A stretch of 64,000 nt of DNA. Source: Isurus oxyrinchus. Taxonomy: Eukaryota. Position numbers and translations under genes: made by a program. Position 1 is the first letter of the stretch; every line of letters starts with the position of its first letter. Shown here piece after piece: positions 36,740 through 49,249 of the stretch. The notes beneath the pieces were generated by a model. It did no database searches and was not told the origin of the DNA. It saw nothing but the letters and a program-made list of their open reading frames with translations. The stretch spans positions 105,524,001-105,588,000 of the forward strand of contig JANJGN010000013.1 in assembly GCA_026770705.1 (NCBI GenBank), given 5' to 3'.

Positions 36740-37150
36740 TTACACCTCCTCTAGATCAATTTTCTGTTTCTTTACTTGACCCATCACTCCATTTTACCTT
36801 GCATCATTATCCATCTTGTAATTTAATCAAACCTGCCTTCCGCCCTGCCACAGATCTACCCTTTTGTTCTTTCCTCCGTTCCCCATACTATTCTTCTGTC
36901 ACCCCCAACATCTACTTACCTTCTCATGCAAGTGCAGGAGATGCAACACCTGTTCTTTCTCCTCCACCCCTCCTCTTGTCCAGGGCTGTAAACACTCCTT
37001 ACAGGTGAAATGGTGATTTATTTGTACTTCTTTCAATTTGGTACACTGCATTTGCTGCTCACAGTGCAGTCTCATCGACATTGAGGAGACCAAGTGCAGA
37101 CTGGATTATTGTTGAACATCTGTAACAGTTTTCCAGTTCTGACAAAAGGG
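36740..37150 (+). mobile_element. Old Penelope-like GIY-YIG fragment
   Basis: Similar to 33400-33580 (CNTC..NLVHCICCSQC.LI.I.ETK). Confidence 0.6.
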
Positions 37151-37294
37151 TTACATTTTGCCACAGAGGCAAAGGAGGGTGTGCTGGTAATCGATGTTTT
37201 GGTTGTGCAACATTTTGCCATCTATGTGTGATTTTCTGGATGTGGCACCTTGGGGATGATGGCTATCCACCTGGAATCAGCAGGCAGTCAATTT

Positions 37295-37530
37295 AAACAA
37301 AGATCTGCATTTATATAGCCCTTTTCACAACTACCCACCCAAGCAGACGGATAGGGCCTCGATTTCACGCTTCACCCAAAAGATGGCACCTCCAAAAGTG
37401 CAGCAGATCCCCTCAGTGCACTGGAATGTCAGTCTAGAGTTTTGTGCTCAAGTCCTGAAGTGGAACTGGAACCCAGAACCATGTGTCTCAGAGGTGAGAC
37501 TGTACCCAACTGACCCATGGCTGACACCTA
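37295..37530 (-). mobile_element. tRNA/Deu-type SINE, internally deleted
   Basis: Head matches 17640-17800. Confidence 0.65.
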
Positions 37531-38384
37531 ATTAAGTCAATTAAGCAACCAATTGAAGGGCACTTTGTCACACATGTACAATTTTGTTAATGGCACATGG
37601 GACCCCGAAAATGAATCAGAGGCAGCTTTGCAGCAGGGTGTTTGAGCTGTGACTCATTTCAGCATTTAAATTTGTTTGTTGGCAGTAATATGCAAAGAGG
37701 ACCTATCTATCTCTAGGTGGCAGGCATGCCCTTGCAGCCACTTCATGGAGACTGATGTCTCCTCTAATGCTTGCCCTGCTGCAGTGGTGCCTGCTTTCCT
37801 TTCACTGTAGGTGCCTCCATGCTGCCAGTCCTGCTATTTGCCAGGCATTGCCCACGATGCAAAGGCAGTGGCAGCCTTATCCGTGGGCTCCCAAACTAGG
37901 ACCCAGCTTCCATTCCCCAACTGGACAACCACCTGAGGGTGGCTTCTTAATTAGCCCCCTCTAGGTGGATCATGTCCATTGTCCTGCCACAGTCACCTCC
38001 AGATTCCCAACCTGAAATTCATGCCGACATTGGGAATGTAGGCCATCAGGGAAAATTCATCCCATTAATTCTATATTTTTCTGTCTGTCTCTCTCTCTCT
38101 CTCTCTCAGATGTTGCCTGATCTGCTGAGCGCTTCCAGCATTTTTATATTTCAAATTTCCAGCATGCCACAGTATTGTGCCTTTACTTTAAAGAAATAAA
38201 GAGCTTGGAAAGGTGCATCTAAATATTCCTTTGCTCTCGAATAGAAAGTTCTGTGTAGTTTTAATTATAAAGGGCTGATTTAACATTATTGAACTATGTA
38301 GGTAATGCCACCTAAAAGTGTATGTATCACCAACGAATTATTGAGGTGCTAATAATTTCCCAAGCAGGGAAAAACAAAAAAAAA

Positions 38385-38945
38385 ATGCTTACATTTATAT
38401 ACCATCTCTCCTGTATTTAGGATGTCTTAAAGTGCTTCACAACCAATAAAGTGCATTTGGAATTTAGTCACTTTTGTTTTATAAGTAAGGCAGTCTGTTT
38501 TTTTTAAATACAACAATGAAATAAATAAACAGATAATCTGTTTTAGTGGGGTTGGTTGAGAGATAATGTTAACCAAGATAGAACTACCTTGCTCTTCTTC
38601 AAATAATGCCGTAGGATTTTTATATCGCCAGAAAGAGCAGATGGGACCCTGGTTTAACGTCTTATCAGTGTTCACTCTATTTTTTTTAAAAAGAGTGTAC
38701 GTGTGATTTATTCAGAGACTGTGGCCCCTTCAAACTATTTTGTATAGCAGCATGTGTAGTAACTTAAAGGGGCCAATTTGTGCGCAGCCAGCAGGGGGTC
38801 ATTTGGGTTGCTGCACAGCCATGCAACTTACAAAGAACATTGGTCTTATCTGAAAGACAGCACCTCTAACAGTATTGTACTCACTTAGTGCGGTATTAAT
38901 TGTCAGCCTGGATTAACGCTCAAGGCCCTTGAGTGAGACTAGAAT
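38385..38945 (-). mobile_element. tRNA/Deu-type SINE interrupted by a MITE
   Basis: Matches 17365-17800 on both sides of 38666-38842. Confidence 0.7.
38666..38842. mobile_element. Non-autonomous DNA transposon (MITE)
   Basis: TIRs CAGTGTTC / GAACATTG; flanking direct repeat GTCTTAT (38659-38665, 38843-38849). Confidence 0.75.
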
Positions 38946-41222
38946 GACTCGCTTAAGTTGGTGCAATGTGAATTTTGACATTAATGCAGTGACTCACAAT
39001 GTTTCATGTTATTATTTATAAGGTAAAAGCAAAATTTACAAAGTTATATTTTCTGTTCTTGCACTTGGGCATATTGGATCACTGAATAGTGCTAAGAGAT
39101 AAAAATAATTACGGAGTAAGATCCTCTCTACCCAATTCTCTGGCTGCACATAGGCCAAATATTACCAAGTGCAATAACAGGAAAACCTATCCTTAAATAT
39201 GACATTATTTAAGGATGAATGTTAGTAGACAGAAAGATGACTGTAGGGTCAAGATTTCCTTTGCATAACAAAATTGTAAACCTCTTCTTTATCATTTATG
39301 GCAGTGTGGCACAGTGTTTTTCATAGACATTATTCTTCAGATGAGCTTGGGGATTTTTGTGTGTAATGCAGCTTTGTTATCATGAGTTTTAATGAATTTC
39401 AGAAAAAAGATTACCAACTTGCACACAGCAGCCACTGCTTTCAACAAAATATTTGCAATGAATATAGACGTGCAATTTGTTTTTAAATTGTCAAAAGTGA
39501 GTTTGTTACACAATTATTTTAATTATAAACCAAATCTGTAGCTGAGAAATGTGAAAAACAAGTTTTGAAGAGCCTTCACAAAAGCCCCTGAAAAGCTTAC
39601 TTCTAATACAAATTATTTTACTGCTGAAATCCAAAAGGCTTGTTTTGGTAAATTTTTGCAAAGTGTCTGTGGTAGAATTTCTATAACCGTAATTGAAGTA
39701 ATGCAAGTGAATGGTGAACTTCATGTGATGCAACTCCACAAACAGCAATTGATACATACATTAGCTTCATTAACAGAAATGTGGAATTTACCAACACCAT
39801 ATTTTTTTAAAGCAATATGTCAACTTCTTCAACTATACTCAATATGTAATAGTGAGGCAGATTATTTGTATTGAATAACATTGGAAATAGCTACCAATTC
39901 TGGATCCTAACTAAGAATTATTTTAAAAGGTTTTCGTTCCTAATTCTCCACACTAAAATGCAGTGGAACATTAAATTTTCCTTTCCACTACATGACAAAT
40001 ATGTAGAAAATATTGAATAGTAGATTGGATGAGGTAAGAAATATTTTCCTGTGAGACAAATGAATGAGCAATAATATTACAAATGAATTACCACTGGCTC
40101 ATTATATTCGCTGCCTTCCAAACATTACTTTCCAGTTATAACTTAATTATTTTTGAAGTGATACGTGTGCAGAGGGTCTAATCATTAACTGAACCAATGT
40201 GAACTATCTCTCCCCTAAGCAGTTATCTTCAAAAATCTCATAAGTCAAGCATTAAGATTTAAATTCATAATGTCAGGCTAGGGAACCATGGCAGCAGTTG
40301 AAATTTGTAGCCCAATAGAAATAAACCTGCACTAATCTCCTTGTGATAGGTATGTTTCTTTTATGCCTTTATTACTAGATTTTAACACTACTACAGCATG
40401 CATATGTCTCTGACAACACATTTAACTTTTTGTACTTTGAGTGATGGGACTAAAAAATGGTTAGGACAAATGCCTCTTTGCTGAAAAAGTTGTACACTGT
40501 TTGAGGTGCTCTAACTGGCTGCCATAACTTTAGCCAATGAAGGATGCATGGGAAAATAGTTCTAGTTCCATAAATACCAATATGCACACAAGTATGAAAA
40601 TCAGTCCATAATGCAAGATATCTAAACAAGAAACGAACAGTAATCAGTTTCACAAATTTAATTATTCTTAGGCTTGTAGCATCAGTTCAGACATGTACAA
40701 ATGACTAGTGCACAGAAACTGGAATTATTTTTACATTTTCTCAGTACAATATACAAATCATAATCTGGAAATTATTGAGGATGTGACTGTTCAAATGCTG
40801 AATGAATTTATATCAAATCCCTCTCCGCTATCTTAGTGGATGAGTTAACCCATTAAAAATAAACAGGCCATCCATCACCTTTACTGAAATTATGGTTTGA
40901 GGAATTTGATACAAATTTACCTACAATGACATTGCTCAGTAATTTCTAGACTTATAAAAGGAGACTTAAATGTCACTATAACAACATATCACCAATCACA
41001 GTAACAGTACAAATTGTACAGAGGCTATGATGCAAAGTTCAACTTAAAACACAATTCTAAATATTTTAGATTCTACTGAAGTGAGCAAAAAGAGGATCAT
41101 TTTCTCGTTCCATGGGAAACACCACACGCTTTTGATTTTTTGAAATATACTGTCCAAAGGGCACAGAAAAGTGACATGTCAGCATGCCTCACTCGATGTT
41201 CACTGGATATTTGTGTTGTTTA

Positions 41223-41498
<276 letters not shown>

Positions 41499-41879
41499 TC
41501 AGTTTTTCATTGCCTAATTACACAAGTACAGATGCTGCTCCTGGTTGGTTAAATGTTGTTAACCTAGACAGGAATGCATGCTTTCCCAAAGTGTGCTGGG
41601 AATGTGCACCAGAGCATTTTTTTAAAACCTGACTTGATACTGTACTGGAATTATACCGCATATGGCAACAAGTTCAAGCCATCGTGGCAGCTTCCCTGAG
41701 GAAGCATAGTAAACTGTTCCATCAGGAACTGTCTCCAAGCAGAAGTCAAGCTGATAGTTTAACTTACCCCATAAGGCAGGGTTTACAGCTTAACATACAT
41801 AACTCTCATTTCTCTTTTACATGCTGTACTTTGACAACAATGAATAAAAGTACAGCATCAATTCCTACATTATGGCAAT

Positions 41880-42490
41880 GACACCAAGATCTACCTCACC
41901 ACTATCTCTATTGACCCTTCCACTTAACTGGATTTGTTGCATTGCTTGTCCAACATCCAGTACTGGACGAGCAGAAAATTCCTCCAATTAATAATCGGAA
42001 AGAATAAGCCATTGTCTCTGTTCCCTGCTACAAGCTCCGTTCTCTAGCTACCTATTCCCATCCCTCTCCTTAGCCATCATCTGCAGCTGAACCAAACCAT
42101 TGGCAACCTTGCTATCCTATTTAATCTTGAGCTGAATTTCTGAGCCGTATCCTCTCTATTACCAAAGCTACCTATTTTCGCATCTGAAATACCATCCATC
42201 TCTGAGAGTTCCTCCATGACCCTATCTCTGTGAGCTCCTCCAGCTTTACATCTCATTGAGATCTTAGCGCACCTCTAACTCTGGCCTCTAATGCATTCCC
42301 AATTCCTTCATCCCTCTATTTGTGGCCTTGCCCTCAGCTGTCCAGGGCCTAACTTCTGAAATACCCTTCCTAAATCTATCCACCTCTCTCTCCCTTCTTT
42401 AAGATGCTCCTAAAAACCTACCTCTTTGAGGTTTTAGTCACCTGTCCTAAATCCTAATTATGTTGCTTAATGTCAAATTTGTCTGATTTT
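41880..42490 (+). mobile_element. L2-like LINE 3' remnant
   Basis: Decayed RT C-terminal region and TTTAAGATGCTCCTAAAAACCTACCTCTTTGA L2-type tail. Confidence 0.65.
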
Positions 42491-42494
42491 TAAA

Positions 42495-42880
42495 AAATTC
42501 TTTCACAGGGTGTGGACACCTCTGGCTAGGGCAGAACTTGTTCCCAATCTTAATTGCCGTTGAGGAAGTGGTGTTGAACTACCTTCTTGAACTGCTGCAG
42601 TTTCAGTAGTGCAGTTACACCCAAAGTGTTGTTCGGGAAGGAATTCCAGGGTTTTGACTCAGCGTCAGCGATGTGTGCCTTTGCAGGTGGTGGTGTTCCC
42701 ATACATCTGCTGCCCTTGTCCTTCTCGGTGGTAGTAGGTGCTATTGAACTATTGGTGAGTTGCTGCAGTGCATTTTGTATATGGTACACATTGCTGCTAC
42801 AGTGAGTTGGTGGTGGAGGGAGTGAATGTTTAAGGTGGTGGATGGGTTGCTGATCAAGTGGGCTGCTTTGACCTGGTTAA
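42495..42880 (-). mobile_element. 3' fragment of the tRNA-headed LINE family
   Basis: Matches 23575-24000 in the same orientation. Confidence 0.75.
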
Positions 42881-45262
42881 TGCCTCTGTGGGATATTTTA
42901 CTATGCCAAAAATGCTATATAAATGCAGGATGTTATTCTAACCAATTGCAATAGAGAATTGTTTTTGTTATTTTCCAAATGTTTTCCCTAGGGTTTTTAT
43001 ACACCATATTTTTGGTTCTCTATATGATCTGCACACAAGACTGCAGAGTGGGCTTTCGCCTCACTAGATATTTCTGGGCTTTTCCCAGCAGAACTGCCAA
43101 ACTGCGCTTCTGCCTAATTTTGGAATCCCTTCCTGATGGTGATAACCTAACTTTGATACTAAAATGTTAGCCTTGTACAGTAACAATGCTTGTCCTGTAT
43201 TCCACGCATATTAATGCTTGCTCTGTACAGTCTTTATTTGATGTGATGCACCTCATCTCAGCCATCTCAACTTGATTAGAAAGAAACTCCAAGTGGTAAG
43301 CGTGACTGGTTTTAATGTTTAAGAACAAACATGCACTCTTTGCTGACTCCATTAGTTATTTTTGGAATCACACATAAAATCCTACCCTTATGCTGGGATC
43401 TGACTGTCTCTAAGTTATGACATAATGGTGTGCAACATACTGGTAATTAATCCATTTTCCCTCTCCTTCCTTCCCGCCACAGCATCCACCCCCGCTCCCA
43501 GCCCAACACGCTTCCCCTCATCAGATTAGGCTGCTGGCCCCTTCCCAAGGAACCATTAGCTATCTCCAGCTGGCACTAAAGTGAGGAAGCGCTGAAAGCT
43601 GCTGCTGGTAACTCTATGTTTACCAGTGCTACAAGGCTACAAGGTTACATTTCTCAAAAACATATGGACTCTCACAGCTCAAAATTATTGGCAACTTTAG
43701 CATGTATCTGATCCAACTTGTATCTTTATGACAGCTATGCAGCTTCAGTACCATGACTGAGAAATTTCAAATATGTATTTTAAGGAATCTATTGTATTAC
43801 GAAATCCTGTGAATAGGGAATAGAAATAAACCACTGCATCTGGAAAACCTCTTAAATGTCAGATTACAGTATCTTCACTGTTGCTAATAGCAAAATGACA
43901 GAAGTTAATTTCAAAATGCCCCATCGTTCTCCTCAAGATCTTTCTAGCAACCCTTGATTATTGCAATCCTGAAAATGAATTGTAAGGTACCCAAAAGACA
44001 AAATATTGCAGGGGCTGGAAATCTGAAAACGTGAATGGACAAGCTGGAAATACTCAGCAGGTCAGGATGCATCTGTGGAAAATAAGTCAGTCGGCTGACA
44101 TTTCAGGTCTCGAGTATTTCCGTCTTTTTTTGTTTCGCAAGCTACCTAAACTAGATACATGAATGCTTGTAATTAAAATCAAATACATAAATTAAGACAG
44201 CTCAGTGTCATAGCACGTAGGTATATATTAAGTGTTTTTATTCTCACAAAATGCAGTGTACTATTTATTATTTAAAAGCCATTGGGATTCGAGGTGAAAA
44301 GTGCAAATTAATAAAGCCAATAGTTTAATTTTTTTTTACTGTTTACCCTATTTGATAATGGGGATTTTTTACATGTTAGTTCATATTGAATTACATAAGC
44401 AAAGGAAAATTTACCCTCACGGACAGTTGGACAATGCCACAAAAGGCACTGAAATAGGAGAAAGATGAAGAGATAGAGAACTTTTCTTTTCAACAGTAGG
44501 ATATGTACATACATACAATCATTTTAAATCTGTAAAAAGAAACAGAAATGGCACACTGCTGAGTTATCAATTGATAGGAATTGATGCAAGAAGCGATGTT
44601 AAATATATCAAGGTTGAATGATAACTCCAAACATTTTTAGACTGGGTCACAAACTCTGTATATCAAAAACCTAAAATGTTCTCTAAGCAAAATCAAGTTC
44701 ACAAAGTTATTAATTAACCAAAGTTACATTTTTTCTTGACAAAAAGGCAGAAAACCTATGGTTATGTAAGCAGTGTACCTTACAAGTACTTTTCTTGGAG
44801 GAAATAACAAGAATTCACAGGGGAGGAGGAAGGCAATTTCTTATGTCCAAGTCAAAAAGGGTACAGAAGACCCCAAAGAATCTAACATAAGCATCCAGGT
44901 TTAAGTATCTAGACATGTAATATTTAGGTTCTTTGAGGTTAATATCTCAGTGGTCCTTGTTAACTTGGCTACATATTTTAATCTTTTTTAGTTTGCTTGG
45001 AGGAGCAAATAGAAAAATAGCAGTGTAGTTTAAACCTAGTTAACAGCAAATATATAAATAATCACTTCAGCTTGAATTTTCACAAGGCGGAAAGGGCTCT
45101 ATGCCTTAGACAAAATGGCGCCAGAGCTGGAATCGGAGGTCCCGCACCCAGAACCCAGCACCCACCATTTTCACGGGTCGGGTGGCGGGGGGTGGGGGGG
45201 TTTAGTGAAAAGCTGGCGTGGGACATTTTTCACAGATCTGTGGTTCAGAGAGGCAGCCTAAA

Positions 45263-48200
45263 GGGAGGCAATGGCGTAGCGGTATTGTTACAACACTAGT
45301 AATTCAGAGACCCAGAGTAATGCTCTGGAAACCCGGGTTTGAATCCTGCCTCGGTAGATGGTGGAATTTGATTTCAATAAAAGTCTGGAATTAAAAGTAT
45401 AATGATGGCCATGAAACCATTGTTGACTGTCATAAAGACCCATCTGGTTCACTAATGTCCTTTAGGGAAGGAAATCTGCCATCCTACATGTGACCTCAGA
45501 CCCACAGCAATGTGGTTGACTCTTAAGTGGCTTCTATAATGGCCTAGCAAGCCACTCAGTTGTATCAAACTGCTACAAAGTCTCAAAAAAGGAATGAAAC
45601 TGGACGGGCCACCTGCACAGACCTAGGCACCAGAAATGACAATGGCAAACTCAGCCCTGTCAACCGGTGCAAAGTCCTCCTTATTGACATATGGGGGCTA
45701 ATGCCAACACTGGGAATGCTGTCTCACAGGCTAGTCAAGCAACAGCCTGACATAGTCAGCCTCATGGAATAATACCTTATAGATAATGTCTCAAACACCA
45801 CCATCACCATCCCCGGGTATGGCCTATCCCACTGACAGGCCAGACGCAGCAGAGGTGGCAGCACAGTGGTATACAATCGGACGGGAGTTGTCTTGGGAGT
45901 CCTCAACATCGACTCTGGACCCCATGTAGTCTCATGGTATCAGGTCAAAGATGGGCAAGGAAACCCCCAGCTGATTACCACCTATCACCCTCCCTCAGCT
46001 GATGAATCTGTGCTCCTCCATGTTGAACATCACCTGGACGAAGCACTGAGAGTGGCAAGGATGCAGAATGTACTCTGGCTGGGGGACTTCAATGTCCATC
46101 ACCAAGAGTAGCTCGGTAGCACCACTACTGACTGAGCTGGCCGAGTCCTAAAGGACATAGCTGCTAGACTGGGTCTGTGGCAGGTGGTGAGGGAACCAAA
46201 AACACGCTTGACCTCATCTTCACCAAACCGCCTGCCGCAGATACATCTGTCCATGACAGTATTAGTAGGAGTGACCACCGCACGGTCGATGTGGGGACGA
46301 AGTCCTGCCTTCATATTAAGGACACCCTGCATCATATTGTGTGGCGCTACCAACGTGCTAAATGGGATAGATTTCAAACAGATCTAGCAACTCAAGATTG
46401 GACATCCATGAGGCACTGTGGGCCACCTTGAGCAGTACTCTAACACAATCTGTAACCTCGTGGACCGGCATATCCCTCACTTTATCATTACCATCAAACC
46501 AGTGGATCAACCCTGGCTCAATGAAGAGTGCAGGACGGCATGCTAGGAGCAGCAACAGGCATACCTGGTGAAGCTATAACACAGGACTACTTGCGTGCCA
46601 AACAGCATAAGCTGCAAGCGATAGGCAGAGCTAAGCGATCCCAAAGCCAACGGATCAGATCTAAACTCTGCAGTCCTGCCACATCCAGTCGTGAATGGTG
46701 GTGGAAAATTAAACAACTAACTGGAGGAAGAGGCTCCACAAAAACTCCATTCTCAATGATGGGCGAGCCCAGCACATCAGTTCAAAAGGTTAGGCTGAAG
46801 CATTTGCTACAATCTTCAGCCAGAAGTGCGGGTGGATAATCCATCTCGGCTCCTCCAGAGGTCTCTAGCATCAAAGACGCCAGTCTTCAGCCAATTCGAT
46901 TCATTCCTCGTGATATCAAAAAATGGCTGAAGGCACTGGATACTGCAAAGGCTATGGGGCCAGACAATATTCCGGCAATAGTACTAAAGACTTGTGCTCC
47001 AGAACTTGCCGCGCCCCTATCCAAACTGTTCCAGTACAGCTACAACACTGGCATATACCCGGCTAAGTATAAAATTGCCCAGGTGTGTCCTGTACACAAA
47101 AAGGACAAATCTAACTAGGCCAATTAAACCCCATCAATCTACTCTCAATCACCAGTAAAGTAATAGAAGGGATCATCAACAGTGCTATCAAGCAGCACTT
47201 GCTCAGCAATAACCTGCTCACTGACGCCCAGTTTGGGTTCTGCCTGGACCACTCAGCTCCTGACCTCATTACAGCCTTGGTTCAAACATGGACAAAAGAG
47301 CTGAATTCCCAAGGTGAGGTGAGAGTGACTGCCCTTGACCTCAAAGCCGCATTTGACTGAGTGTGGCATCAAGGAGCCCTAGCAAAACTGGAGTCAATGG
47401 GAATCAGGGGGAAAACTCGCCACTGGTTGGAGTCATACCTAACACAAAGGAAGATGGTTGTGGTTTTTGGAGGTCAGTCATCTCAGCTCTAGGACATCAC
47501 TGCAGGAGCTCAAGGTAGTGTCCTTAGCCCACCCATTTTCAGATGTTTCATCGATGACCTTCCTTCCATCATAACGCCAAGTGGGGGTGTTCACTGATGA
47601 TTGCACGTTGTTCAGCACCACTTGCGACTCCTCAGTTAGTGAAGCAGTTCATGTCCAAATGCAGCAAGATCTGGGCAATATCCAGGCTTGGGCTGACAAG
47701 TGGCAAATAACATTCGTGCCACACAAGTGCCAGGCAATGACCACCTCTAACAAGAGAGAATTCAAGCATCGCCCCTTGACATTCAATGGCATTACCATCA
47801 CTGAATCCCAATTAACAATATCCTGGGAATTATCATTGATCAGAAACTGAACTGGACTAGCCATATAAATACCGCGGCTACAAGAGTAGGTCAGCGGCTA
47901 GGAATCCTGCAATGAGTAACTCACCTCCTGGCTCCTCAAGGCCTGTCCACCATCTACAAGGCACAAGTCAAGAGTGTGATGGAATACTCCCCACTTGCCT
48001 GGATGAATGCAGCTCCCACAACATTCAAGAAGCTTGACAGCATCCAGGACAAAGCAGCCCGCTTGACTGGCACCACATCCACAAACATTCACTCTGTCCA
48101 CTCACCACCGAACCACAGTAGCAGCAGTGTGTACCATCTACAAGATGCACTACAGGAATTCACCAAGGCTCCTCATACAGCACCTTCCAAACCCACAGCC

Positions 48201-48487
48201 ACTACCATCAGAAGGCCAAGGGCAGTAGATAGGTGGGAACACCACCACCTGGAATTTCTTCTCCAAGTTACTCACCACCCTGACTTGGAAATATATTGCT
48301 GTTCCTTCACTGGTGCTGGTTCAACATCCTGGAACTCCCTCCCTAACAGTACTGTGGGTGTAATTACACCACACGGACTGCAGTGGTTCAAGAAGACAGC
48401 TCAACACCACCTTCTCAAGGGCAACTAGGGATGGGCAATAAATGCTGGCCCGGCCAGTGAAGCCCATATCCCGTGAATGAATAAAAA
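45263..48487 (+). mobile_element. Apparently full-length ~3.2-kb CR1-group LINE: tRNA-derived head, single decayed EN+RT ORF, no ORF1
   Basis: EN motifs VLLIDIWGL, QPDIV, GDFNVHH, LDLIFT, SDHRTV; RT motifs KAMGPDNIP, QFGF, ALDLKAAFD, QGSVL.P, FTDDC; tail GAATGAATAAAAA. Confidence 0.9.
45272..45346 (+). promoter_or_regulatory. Pol III type-2 internal promoter (A and B boxes) at the LINE 5' end
   Basis: A box TGGCGTAGCGG (45272-45282), B box GGTTTGAATCC (45336-45346), intervening hairpin CCAGAG-TAATG-CTCTGG. Confidence 0.7.
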
Positions 48488-49249
48488 CATGTTGCACTTA
48501 GGTCACCCAGGTTTCTGAAACATAAATCGTGAGTTTTAGACATTTGAGGAAAAGGTCTAAACCTGCCAGAGTTAATGTAGAGGTCCTTTTGGAGAGGTCT
48601 GGTCCCCTTTGGAGAGGTCAGGTACCTCTTTGGGATTGTTAAGTATAAACATGAATGTGTGTTAAAAAGTGGATAAAGGTTGTGGAACTGCCAAGCTGTC
48701 AAGTCATTTAAATTGCTTTACCATTAAATTTTGAAAAAACACAGCCTGCAATAGAAAAAAATCGACACTTGCAATTTCAATAGATGATGTTGACATAAGC
48801 CGGAGTGCCATCCTTTTATTTGTTTCTGTTTGACAGCTTCCACAATCTATCATCATCACAGTGGAGGCCTGCAAGTTCACAGTTTGACTGACAGCTCTAG
48901 GTGGTCATAAATAGATTAGCTGTCTTTTGTGTGGGGCTTTGAACACAAATTTTCTTTTTTTTATATGAGGGATTAAGTACTTGAATGAATTTAAATATAT
49001 TGAGTGAGCTTTTATCAATTAGAGTGTTTATTTAAATGGTGAAGTCTGTAATAGATACTTAGATTGTTTTATTTAGTCTCAGCATGGCCCCTGATATCTG
49101 CCCATGGTGGATAATGAATGAGCTGGTATAGGGGTTATAAAGGGCAATGGGATGAATGGAGGAAATGGGTTGGCATGAGTTGGCTCTAAATTGGCACAGG
49201 GGCAGCTGGATTGACTGCAGGGCGTATGGGTGGCTGAACGTTTCCTGGA

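Noticed and set aside
45263-45355. Functional tRNA gene (also 29221-29290)
   Set aside because: No complete cloverleaf or acceptor stem; these are retroelement heads.
48578-48636. Three ~20-bp tandem units (GGTCCYYTTTGGAGA)
   Set aside because: Small local duplication with no further signal.
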